From: Anthoceros angustus
Taxonomy: Eukaryota; Plantae; Anthocerotophyta
Assembly: GCA_010909165.1 (NCBI GenBank)
Contig: VJWM01000240.1
Span: 191,423-255,422 of the forward strand
Length of the DNA: 64,000 nucleotides
Direction: 5' to 3'
The position numbers and the translations under genes are program-made. The notes beneath the pieces were generated by a model, which was not told the DNA's origin, did not search any database, and was given only the letters and a program-made list of their open reading frames with translations. Below are positions 32,826 to 44,699 of the stretch, one piece after another (position 1 is the first letter of the stretch; each line of letters opens with the position of its first letter).

Positions 32826-34987
32826 TGTGGAAGACCACATGTGCACTAACCCCGCTCCCAAGTGTCAGGATGAACGATTTTTTTTTGTTTTGGATGTGTT
32901 AGAATAGCAAAGTGCTTTGAGAATCGTCTGAGTCAGGTCTTTTATACGGGAATGGTCCTTGGCCCTTGGAGATAATAATAATTTTTCGATCCTTAGATTT
33001 GACCCCGCAGGGGTGACGTAATAGAGTCCTTGGCATTGGGAATTTTAGAATAAAAGGTGTCTATATGCCAGTGGATGCTCACATGCCTGAGTAGCCGAGG
33101 GGAGGCGGTCCACCACGGTGGCCGAGAAACCGGAGGCACTGGGGGAGTTTACAACCCTAGTGGCGGGCGCTACCACATACACCGGAGCCGAATCGAGAGA
33201 AGGGCACACCCAAGACCACGAGGTCGCGACTTTCGTGAGGGGCCTGAGCGAGCCCAAGAAGAGGGGCGCCAGACACAACCACGCCAGCCAAATCCGCCTC
33301 ACGAGCAGGGAGGGGCGCTAATGAATGTGAGCGGCGCATGGAGGAGAGAAATCGGAAGAAGTTCACAGAGGAGGCGTGGAAGGACCTCCGATCGGTGTTA
33401 CTGGCTACGGGCAAGGCTCTGATGAGGATGCTCATGTCCTCGCTTCGCATGGTGAGCGGTGCTCACTCTAAACGCAGGCGTGGTTGTTGGGAGGAGGAAA
33501 CTCGGTCAGCATCTTGGCCGCCACAGGCGTTTACGATGGTTCCTTCGAGTAGGAGCTGGCGCCTATCCTCCATAAGTGGTCTTTGGAGGAGATGAGCGAG
33601 GCTGCAGCATGGAGGGAGGAGCACGGTATGGTTGTCCAAATGAGGAGGAGGCGGGACAACGACATAGAGGTCAGCGGCAACGTCCGCTGGGAAGGCGCGA
33701 GGGAAACTCAGCAAAGGAGAGGAGGTGGAGGTTGTGGGGAAAATCGCTTGACGTAGGCGAGGTCAAGAGCGAGAGGGGTCCCCATGGGCCGTGGGCGAGG
33801 CAAAATCATGGAGGCGGCAAAGCTGATTTTAGGGAGTCGCGATAGCCTAGGACCGGGGTTTCCTTTTCGGGCGAGGATAGGGAGTTCCATCACCGTAGAG
33901 TCATGCTTAGATTGGTAAGGGCGTGGTAGGAGCTACAATTTTAGACCCTAAAGAGAAGTGAGCCGTGGGACCACAGATGTATAAGAGACCCTTTGGGTGT
34001 CTCTCAAAGACGACGATTTCGGTGTGAACTTGGTGTATCGAATCCTCGTGTGGGGTTGATTGGACGTCGTCGTCGGGGTGTAGTCGGCGAGCGCCGTCAA
34101 TCAAGACCGGAAGATCCTGGATAGTCGAGGCGGAGTGGCCAAGCTCCACGTCCGGGACAAAGGAATGGTGAGGGGCGCCCAACATGCGCTGAGAAGGGGC
34201 AAGGGTTGCTGCGGAAAGTCGGGGTGAGATCGGCAACGAGTGAATCGCCCAAGTACTGACCGTGCGTTCCCCTGTCCCTCCTTCCAACAAGCTGCCCATC
34301 AGAACGTGTTTAATTCTATGAGGAGGGGTCTGTGTGGCCCGTGGTGAGGTCTGTGTGGCCTGGGAAAAAGGGAGAGAGACGTATACATGTGCGGTGAGAG
34401 GTTCTCGGAAGAAGAGGGTGAGTATGCTGTGGTAAGGGAAATTGTGGTTGCGTTTTGAGGAAACGCGGAGTAATAGAAAGAGGGGGGGGGAAAAGCGAGG
34501 AGTGAGACCAGGAGGGGTCGACACCGCGAGTCGTCATGCATTCCTGATCAGAGTGCCTAATTCCCGGGAAGTTCTGAGCACGGACCCCCCTAGGAGTGAA
34601 TTAGAGTAGATGTGAGTCTATGTGTGCGTGTGTGTGTGGGAAGACCTGACCCTCGGAGACCCCGTCCGGGAAGCCGGGTGACGGCTGGGTAGTCACGACG
34701 CGCACGTGCGCGCCTGTGGCGGGGCCCGCCCCAGTGGTTGAGTCAACCACTGCGGTGGCGGAACGCGCCACTACAGTAGCGGAACCCCCCCCGCGACGGT
34801 GGCTGAGTCCTCCATGGGTTTCCAGAGAGTGGGTGGTTCGTAGGGTAAACGCGCTGTGGTAGGTTAGACATCAGAGATTAGCTCATCTTGACACAAAACC
34901 ATTCCCTTGGGATCGAATCCTAGGACTATAACGACATAGAGGGTAAATGTGGCCTCCTTGCGTCTTTGGATGCAAAACCATTCCACA
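32826..34987 (+). repeat. Guest LTR1 (2162 bp)
   Basis: Starts TGTGGAAGACCACATGTGCAC and ends AAACCATTCCACA (7-bp terminal inverted repeat TGTGGAA/TTCCACA), followed by the PBS. Confidence 0.9.
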
Positions 34988-34990
34988 TTT

Positions 34991-35008
34991 TGGCGCTGCT
35001 GCCGGGAA
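34991..35008 (+). promoter_or_regulatory. Primer-binding site
   Basis: TGGCGCTGCTGCCGGGAA lies 3 nt after the LTR end. It is close to the TGGCGCCGTTGCCGGGGA tRNA-Asp-type PBS known from Athila-like elements. Confidence 0.75.
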
Positions 35009-35849
35009 TGAAACCGTCAAGGTTATAGGGGACTAACCATAGTTTAGGTGTCTAGTTTTGGAGTGTATCTAGTTTGGTAGATGGATGGTTGAGTCGAGGG
35101 TTCAGAGTCAGTGGAGGAAAGCCTCAAGCCAGCGGCAACACCGCTTTGGAAAGATTGAGGAGGGTTGCAAAACCGCGAGTTGAGGAGGACCCAATTGGAG
35201 GACGACTTGTGGGGAAAAGAAGGGAGGTAAGGAAGCACTGGACGGGGTCCGATCTTGTTGGAGCAAGATCCCCAACCTCGGACTTGAGGAGGTACCACCG
35301 CCAAGGAACCTGACCAATTCCATCGACCTCTTCCAAAAGTGTGCGTGTGGAGATCAATCGACTCCCAACAACTTGTTGAACACCGAGTCGCCAATCTACC
35401 AACATAGTCATGTCCACCACGGGGTGGTCACCACCAAGCACCTTACCCTGTATGGGAAGGAAGGGGTATGAAGACCCGATGAATTTGTTGAGCGTTTTGA
35501 GCGGTGACATTTGCAAAACCAGAAGTAGGAGACAACAGATTCATTGTTCTATGGAGTTCTGGGGGTCCAGCAAAGTGGTATACCTCAAGTTAGCCACACC
35601 TCCCACCTATGAAGAATTAAAACCGCCTGTGAGAGGTTTAGAGGAATTGACGTGGAACGTGTTGTCCAAACTTGAGGTTACAAGGAGAGGAAGGAAACCT
35701 TGCAAGCCTATGTGGAGAGGTTTCACCAGCGATCGCAGTGGCCATTCGAGCAGCAATACGATGGTTTGCCAAAGGCCCGGGTTCTAAGATGGGGAGACAC
35801 GAAGGTTACAAGCGGAGAAGAATTTGGGCAAGGCTATCAAGGCGCTAAA

Positions 35850-36441
35850 CTATGAGGAGGGGTCTGTGGCCCGTGGTGAGGTCTGGCCTGGGAAAAGGGA
35901 GAGGCAGGGCCATGTGCGGTGAGAGGTTCTCGGAAGAAGGGTGAGTATCTTGTGGTAAGGAAATTGTGGTTGCGTTTTGAGCGAGTAATAGAGCGGGAGA
36001 GTGAGTGGACCCGAGGCGAGTCGTCGGCATTCGATCGAGTGCCTAATTCGGAAGTTCGGACCCCCTAGGAGTGAATTAGAGTAGATGTGAGTCTATGTGC
36101 GTGTGTGTGTGGGAAGACTGACCCTCGGAGACCCGTCCGAAGCCGGGTTGTGGGTAGTCGCAGCCAGCGCCGTGCGCTGGCGGGCCCGCCGATGGTTGAG
36201 TCAACCATCGCGGTGGCGAACGCCACTGATGGCGAACCCCGCGACGGTGGGCGAGTCCTCCACGGTGGTGGTTCCAGAGTGGGTGGTGGTTCGAGGTAAA
36301 GCGTCGGTTGTGGTAGGTTAGACACCGTAGATTAGCTCATCTTGACACAAAACCATTCCCTTGGGATCGAATCCTAGGACTATAACGACATAGAGGGTAA
36401 ATGTGGCCTCCTTGCGTCTTTGGATGCAAAACCATTCCACA
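35850..36441 (+). repeat. Extra partial LTR (3' ~590 bp) pasted inside gag
   Basis: gag sequence GGCGCTAAA-CTATGA switches to LTR sequence GGAGGGGTCTG, runs to CCATTCCACA at 36441, then restarts the leader and gag. Confidence 0.85.
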
Positions 36442-36899
36442 TTTTGGCGCGTTCTGAATGAAAGCTAAAGGATTCTAGGAAGGACTAACCATAGTTTAGG
36501 CCTTGGTTCTTTGAGTGAAGCTAGTTTGGTAGATGGATGCCACGGGTTGGAGGGGTCTAGTCGGGAGGAAAGCCTCAAGCCAAGCGGCAACACCAGGCTT
36601 TGGAAAGATTGAGGAGGGTTGCAAACCGGGAGCTGAGGAGGACCCAATTGGAGGACGCACTTGTGGGGGAAAAGAAGGGGGCAAGAGATTCACTGGGATT
36701 TGGGGGTCCGATCCTGTTGGAGCAAGATCCCCGATCCTGGCCTCGGAGGGGGTACCACGGCCAAGAGACCTTGATCCAACCTTGTCAACTGACCTTCCTC
36801 CTAGGTGTGTGCAGACAACTGCAGCCCCAACAACTTCCGTGGAACACGTCACGCGGTCACGCTACCATACCCAACGCGCATATGTCCACCGCATGGTGG

Positions 36900-39800
36900 C
36901 ACCACCCTGCTTTACCCTGTATGGGAAGGAAGGGGTATGAGGATCCCATTTGTTGAGCGTTTTGAGCTTAACCTTGCGTGAAGTAGGTGACGCCAACGAT
37001 TCAACTGTTCTATGGAGTGCTCGGGGCCAAAGTGGTATGAGAGTACCTTAAGTTAGCCCACCACCTTTGAAGAAATCAAGACGCCGAGAGGTTTAGAGGA
37101 ATTGGAAGGATACGTGTTGTCCAAACTTGAGGTTACAAAGGGAGGAAGGAAACCTTGCAAGCCTATGTGGAGAGGTTCCACGCTGCGCGATCGCGTGGTC
37201 CGTGAGTTCGAGCCATACGATGGTTTGCCAAGGGCCCGGGTTCTAAGATGGGAAGGCATGTGAGGTTACAAGCGGAAAAGAGTTTGGGCAAGGCTATCAA
37301 GGCGCTAACTATGAAGAATCTAACCCAGGATGAGGAGGTTGAGAAGGAGAAGAAGAAGCCTAGGAAGGACAAGAAGAAGCCGACTGGAAAAAAGAAGGGA
37401 TTCTCATCCTCCCGGAAGGAAGTTCTTCAGTGAAGAGCTCAAGATTCCACGGAGTTCCACGGAGGAAGAAACGAGTGACTGAGGAGGAATCATGAGGGAC
37501 GCAAAAGGAAGGAAGAAAACAAGAAGGGTGATGGGACACAAAAAGGAGCAAGGCAAACAGAGGCGATGTATGCAAAAAGGATGGAACAAAGGAGAAGGCC
37601 GAGGTGGCAGCCAAGAAAGTAGAACAACAGGGAACAAGATGGAGGAGATGATGGCAAAATTCGAGAAATTCCATCTTAATGCGGTCAAGGAACATGAGAG
37701 GCGGAGAGTCACGAACCCACGAGCCAACCTCTTCTGCTCAACGTGTGGGCAGGACACTCCAAAGCTAATTGTCCGACGACAAGGGTACCGGGATATGAGG
37801 AAGAGGAGGAAGAGGGTCCGGTGGAAGACACATATCAGATCCAGGAGGTTCAGCCAACCCAAGTGTACCCAAAAACTATGTACCCGCCAACCTCGTAATT
37901 CCACGGGGTAGGCGTCAGAATCACAGGCAATCCAATGGGCACCGTCTTGTGCTACAACCGCAACCTTGGACACTATGCTCACAGCTGTCCTTGGCCAACT
38001 CGGCAAGGTAATGGAGATTTCGATAAACTGTGTCAAGATTGGAAGCAGGGCATTTGGCGAAGTGTGCTCGCCAAAGCCCCGTAAAGACGGTGAGGATCGC
38101 AGCCACCCGAACGGAGTTCACGACCAAACCCAAGTCCGGTGTCCGCCATGCATGTTGAGGATGCACTTATGGCGGTATGGGAGGATGCCGAGATTGGAAC
38201 CACGAGGAGCTTGGAGGGATTAGACCAGAGGGAAGCGATTATTATGGGGAAGCCTCCGCCATGGTCGTTAGAACAAGGAGCACAAAAGCAAAAGAGAGGC
38301 GGCGTGGGGAAAAAGAAGAAAGGAGGCGGATACGACCACGGGATCGGATGAGGGAGAGAGTGTCGCCACCACCGGAAATACCAACACCGGAACGCGTTGG
38401 CCAAAGATTTAAAAACAAGTCCTGCGGTGACTTGGCGGATGGACCATATGTGCAAAAGAGTGATGGAGACATTGAGTGTTCCAAATGGGAAAGGTGAATG
38501 AAGGGGTCACGACGAAGCCAAGGGGGTGGAACCCTACCGATTTCGAGAAAGTTACCGAACCGAGTTAGGGTTTCCACCGACGACGGAGAAGTCATGGATA
38601 TGATACAAGAAGAATTGGCAAGGAGGCTACGGGGAAAAGGCGGGGTGTCGATTTCCACCACCCTGGGAGTCCACCACCCCACCGAAGGCCACCGTACCCC
38701 AAGTCATGACGAACCGGGAACCCACACCAACCAAATCTGGATGGCGAAGGTCGGGCCACCGCTTTCAATCTCGCCGAGGCCATCATGGACCAACATTTCA
38801 TGATCACATTCGGACAACTCCTCCGAGACAATCCATGTATAGGCAATGCATCGTGAGGGCGTTAAAAGAGGCGCAACCCAAAAGAGGCGCAATGTTCCTA
38901 TACCCCAGGCCATGTGAACTTGGTATCCATGGTGGATCAAGGCCCACCAACCTGTGGAAATTTCGGGATGTGTCATTAAAGGAGTGCCTCGACTGTGTAA
39001 ATATTATGACAGAAGACACGGCTAGGAAATTGGGCTTGGATATTGAACATACTACCAAGGTTTTAGCCGACATGTCCGTAATGGTGCCGGGGAACCGACA
39101 GGGTGCTAACGACCATTGGAACCATCCCTACTTGATGGATTATGTAGTCATCCAAAGAAAATCGCCAGGCACGACGCCTAATTGGTCGAACGTGGATGTA
39201 CGCATCGCAATGCACGCTCAAGTGGGGCAGAAAGGAAGTCGGTTTTAAACCGTTGGAATGGGATCCCAAGACCAAGGAGGGAAGGATGTGCCTATCGTGG
39301 AGTAAGGACATGTATGCAGGTGAAACTCCAACTGAAATAGAAGGGTACACCTCGGCAGAGGACACGTCCGGGGAGATGGGAGAGGAAGATAGGTTCCCGT
39401 TCGCACACATCTCATGGTCTGATGAGGAGCGGGACTACCGGAGAGATATCCCATATACAATTAACCCAGTAGGCTGTTACGGGGTAACCGTCGAATGCTC
39501 CGCGGAAGGGGTCCGAAGCAGGGATTCGGAACAGCAGGTGGAGAAAGCTGGAGGAGGCGTCACGCAGTTCACGTCGGAGGATTTGTTTAGGGAATGGGGC
39601 ATGAGAGAAGAGGAACCGCGGGAGCCAGAAGAAGGATTCGGGGTTAGCACCGCACCAGTAGAGCGCGAGTGGGTACAGGCTGATGAAGTCAAGGACGTTG
39701 AGGTTCTTCCAGGGAAGGTGCTCAAATTCTCCAGAACAATGGATGCGGCGTTGGAGGAAGGAATGAAGCCGCTGAATTCATCGATGTTTTCGCCTCGAGG

Positions 39801-42200
39801 TAACATATGAAGGGATCCCCAAAGAATGGGCGAGCATAGGATTGACTGGAACCGTGAGCAATCCGAAGGATTCCACAAGACAAGTTAAATCCAAGTACTC
39901 CCTCAAGGTAAAGGATGGAGATGTACCTCAAGGACGTGATCTATCCTATAGTCAATACCGAATGGGTGGCTCCAATAGTGGTAGTACCTAAGAGGCCAGC
40001 AAAATCCGAGTTTGTCGACCGGAGAAGGTTGAATAAAGTCACCAAGAAGGATCACTTTCCGTTACCCTTCATCGATAATATATCCTCGGATCCGTCGCAG
40101 TGTAATGGCGATTCATTCCTAGACGGTACTGGGTATAATCACCGCACCTTAGGGAGAGCGATTGGCCTCGACCGCTTTACAACCGATCGGGGACATATGC
40201 TTACAAGCGCATTGCTGACGGAGCACTGGGTCCTTCATGCGAGCCATCGTCAAAATTTTCAAGGACTTCCTCCGCGACTTTATGGAAGTTTTCCGACGAC
40301 TTCGCGATGGGGTCAAGGACCATCTCCGACCTCCGGAAGTGCCCGGAGCGCCGCCGAGCCACGCAATTATGCCCGCATCCGTAAAAGTGCTACTGCATGT
40401 CGAGGAATTCTGGGGCATCGAATTTCAAGCCGAGGTATAGAAGTAGATCCGGACAAGGTAAAGGTCATCGCCACCCTTAGAGCACCAATAACAACGCTAA
40501 AGGAACTCCGCGGGTTCCCGGGATGGTCGTATTATAGACGCTTGCTCCAAATTTCGCCAAGCGGCTGCCCCACTAACGAGCTTGTTAAGGAAGGATCGTG
40601 AGGAATGGACGAACGGGAGGAAGCATTTCGTGACTTACGCACCACGCTACAGCCCCACGCTAAAGGACCGGATCGAGTAAGAAGTTCCACGCTGCTGATG
40701 TTTCATTTGCAATTGGGTCACCCCAGCCGGATGAGAAGAAGAAGGATTTTCCGATCTACTATGCCGGGAGACAACTAACGGACGCTGGAACTTAAAGTAT
40801 ACCACCTCACTTGCCAAGCACCGGGAATGTCTTGCCTGAGTTTACCTTCAAGGAAACGAGAGAGGTAGGAAGCATATCAATGCCGACTTCATATCTCGAT
40901 TGAAAATGGAAGGTGGAAGGACCAGAAGACGACTTTCCGATGAGACACTCGCAGGAGTTGAAAACCAACGAGTGAAGCCCCTGAAGGAGGAGAGCCGATC
41001 GATTGAGAAGGGAGGAGTGGCTTCAAGACCAACATATCGTGAGATATACGATTATCTTGGCACGCCAAATTCCTCCACATCTTCCAAGACACAGATTCAA
41101 AGCGTGTCCACTACTCCGCACCATTCACACGGCACAATATGAACTTATACCGAGCCCGGACGGGAGCGGTTATGGGTACGCGCGGTGAGCGAGTCCCGAG
41201 CTCTTTACACGAAGAAGAGGGGGAGGTCATTATGCCGCATGTCACATGCGGAAAATTTTGAGGTCGCACAGGCCTACAATGTACAAGGATGCCAAGGAGT
41301 TCGTGAAGCCGTGACGCTTGCAAAGGGTCGGCAAGCCAACAAAGAACAACCCAATGGCCCCTTGTCCCCATACTTGCACCGCACCATTCGAGAAATGGGG
41401 AATCGATTTTGTCGGACCTATCCACCCAAAACCAAGGCTCGCCAAAACCAATACATCCCGTGGCCAGACATCAGACGCGGATGGTAGAAGCACAGCACGG
41501 TAGATTCGGCGACGCCGTAGCGATTCTGCTCGAGCAAATCATCACCGATATGGCTCACTGGAGCCGGTCGGATGAGGAACACATTTCAATCGTAATCTCC
41601 AACATGACCAGCCACTTCAACGCCGCCACATGTGAAGTCCACGCCTTATAACCCAAAAGCCAATGTTAAAAGGCAAATGGCTTGTTGTGCAAGATCCTAA
41701 CCAAACTCACCGCCGCTATGCGTATGATCGATATGAAATCGATTCAAGACTGGGCGACCGGATCATGGAAAAAGTGACAACGCAGAAACCTCAGATTATC
41801 TTACTTACGGCATTCACTGCCATGCCAATAGAATTCAAGTTCCCACCGAGAATACAGGAACCAAGTCGAATGCCGGAAGGAAAGTCATTGGAAAGGTTGG
41901 TGGGTTTCAGACGACACACGGAGAGAACAAGCCTCCAAGTTATGCGGGATGTCCAAAGAAAGGAGGAAGGAGTGGCACGACAAGAGATTGAAGCCAAGAA
42001 TACGTTGTTCGGGATCCGCTTTACTATATGATAACCGATACATGCATTTCTGTAAATTACATCTCGATGGATGGGGCCCTTCGTAGTTTCGAAGTTTTCG
42101 ACAACGGATCAATTCAACTCCAAGATTTTAGTGGCTCACCTGCCAACGCCACAACGGTTGGCGGGTCAAGAAATATTACAATAAGTTGGCGAGGACGCCA
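36900..42200 (+). pseudogene. gag-pol of guest unit 1, frameshifted
   Basis: KLEVT...LQAYVERF gag core, CYN(C)RNLGHYAHSCP knuckle (~37950), NIMTEDTARKLGL protease (~39000), VIYPIVNTEWVAPIVVVPK...KKDHFPLPFID RT (~39915), KWGIDFVGPI integrase (~41395). Confidence 0.9.
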
Positions 42201-42202
42201 AC

Positions 42203-42218
42203 AAATGAGAAGGGAGTA
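42203..42218 (+). other. Polypurine tract before LTR2
   Basis: AAATGAGAAGGGAGTA immediately before TGTGGAA; an identical tract is at 49993-50008 before LTR3. Confidence 0.8.
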
Positions 42219-44224
42219 TGTGGAAGACCACATGTGCACTAACCCCGCCTCCAAGTGTCGGATGAACGATTTTTTGTTTTGATGTGTTAGAATAGCAAAG
42301 TGCTTTGAGAATCTCCGAGTCGTCTTTTATACGGAATGGTCCTTGGCCCTTGGAGATAATAATAATTTTTCGACTTAGGTTTGACCCAGGGGTGGGTAGA
42401 AATAGAGTCCTTGGGTATTGGGAATTTTTAGAATAAAAGGTGTCTATATGTGGGATGCTCATGATATGCTGATTGAGTAGTCAGTGGGAGGTGGCTAGTT
42501 CCACTGCTGGCAGCAGGGCGTCTGAGACCCGAGGGAGTTTACAACCCTAGTGGGCGAGCGGGCTACCACCACGGGCCGAGAAGGGGCACACCCAAGACCA
42601 CGAGGTCGCGACTTTCCGGAGGGGCGTGAGGAGTGCGCAAGAGGGCGGCAGCAACTCCTTGAGGCCAAATCTACGCCTCACGGGAGGAAGGGGCGCATCG
42701 GGGAGACAGGCCGGCCAGCGGAGGAGAGAAATCGAGGCAAAGAGTTCGAGGCGTGGAAGGACCTACGCGAATTCTGGCGTCTGATGAGGATGCTCATGTC
42801 CACAACCTGCATGGTGAGCGGTGCTCACTCTAGCGTGTATGTGGTTGTTGGGAGGAGGAAACTCGGTCAGCATCTTGGCCGCCACAGGCGTTTACGATGG
42901 TTCCTTGAGCAGGGCGGGCGCCTATCCTCCATAAGTGGTCTTTGGAGATGAGCGGGCGGAGGCGCATGGAGGGAGGAGCACGGTATGGTGAGGAGGAGGC
43001 GGGACAACGACATAGAGGTCACGCAGGCGGCGTGCGTCGCGGGAAGGCGCGAGGAAACTCGGCGGTGAGTGAGGTGGAGGTTGTGGGGAAAATCGCTCGG
43101 ATCGAGGCGAGGCCGAAGGCGAGAGGGTCCCCATGGGCGTGGGCGGGGCCAGCGGCGGCGCTGATTTTAGAGTCGCGATAGCCTAGGACGGGGTTTCCTT
43201 TTTGAGGCGAGGGATAGGGAGTTCCATCGGTGAGTAAATTTGTTGCTTAGATTGGTGGGCGCTCGTGGTAGGAGCTACAATTTTTAGACCCTAGAAGTGG
43301 TACATGTTGGACCACGGCCGGATGTATAAGAGACCCTTTGGGTGTCTCTCAAAGACGACGATTTCGGTGTGAACTTAGTGTATCGAATCCTCGTGTGGGG
43401 TTGATTGGAGTGCATCGGTCGGCATCGTAGCGGCGAGTCCTCGCACGCACTGAGACGGAAGATCCTGGATAGTCGAGGAGTGGCCAAGCTCCACGTCAGG
43501 ATGAATGGTGAGGCCCAACATGCGCGAGAAGGGGCAAGGGTTGCTGCGGAAAGTCGGGGTGAGATCGGCAGCAGTGAATCGCCCAAAGCCCGCGTTCCTG
43601 TCCCTCCTTCCAACAATCACGTGTTTAATTCTATGAGGAGGGGTCTGTGGCCCGTGGTGAGGTCTGGCCTGGGAAAAGGGAGAGGCAGGGCCATGTGCGG
43701 TGAGAGGTTCTCGGAAGAAGGGTGAGTATCTTGTGGTAAGGAAATTGTGGTTGCGTTTTGAGCGAGTAATAGAGCGGGAGAGTGAGTGGACCCGAGGCGA
43801 GTCGTCGGCATTCGATCGAGTGCCTAATTCGGAAGTTCGGACCCCTAGGAGTGAATTAGAGTAGATGTGAGTCTATGTGCGTGTGTGTGTGGGGAAGACT
43901 GACCCTCGGAGACCCGTCCGAAGCCGGGTTGTGGGTAGTCGCAGCCAGCGCCGTGCGCTGGCGGGGCCCGCCGATGGTTGAGTCAACCATCGCGGTGGCG
44001 AACGCCACTGATGGCGAACCCCGCGACGGTGGGCGAGTCCTCCACGGTGGTGGTTCCAGAGTGGGTGGTGGTTCGAGGTAAAGCGTCGGTTGTGGTAGGT
44101 TAGACACCGTAGATTAGCTCATCTTGACACAAAACCATTCCCTTGGGATCGAATCCTAGGACTATAACGACATAGAGGGTAAATGTGGCCTCCTTGCGTC
44201 TTTGGATGCAAAACCCATTCCACA
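42219..44224 (+). repeat. Guest LTR2, shared central LTR (2006 bp)
   Basis: TGTGGAAGACC...CCATTCCACA, preceded by the PPT and followed by a shortened PBS (TTTTGGCGCGTTC). Confidence 0.9.
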
Positions 44225-44699
44225 TTTTGGCGCGTTCTGAATGAAAGCTAAAGGATTCTAGGAAGGACTAACCATAGTTTAGGCCTTGGTTCTTTGAGTG
44301 AAGCTAGTTTGGTAGATGGATGCCACGGGTTGGAGGGGGTCTAGTCGGGAGGAAAGCCTCAAGCCAGCGGCAACACCGCTTTGGAAAGATTGAGGAGGGT
44401 TGCAAACCGGGAGTTGAGGAGGACCCAATTGGAGGACGACTTGTGGGGAAAGAAGGGGCAAGAGATTCACGGGATTTGGGGGTCCGATCCTTGGAGCAAG
44501 ATCCCCGATCCTCGCCTCGGAGGGGTACCACGCCAAGAGACCTTGATCCAACCTTGTCAACGACCTTCCTCCTAGGTGTGTGCATTGCAGCCCCAACAAC
44601 TTCCGTGGAACACGTCACGCGGTCACGCTACCATACCCAACGCGCATATGTCCACCGCATGGTGGCACCACCCTGCTTTACCCTGTATGGGAAGGAAGG

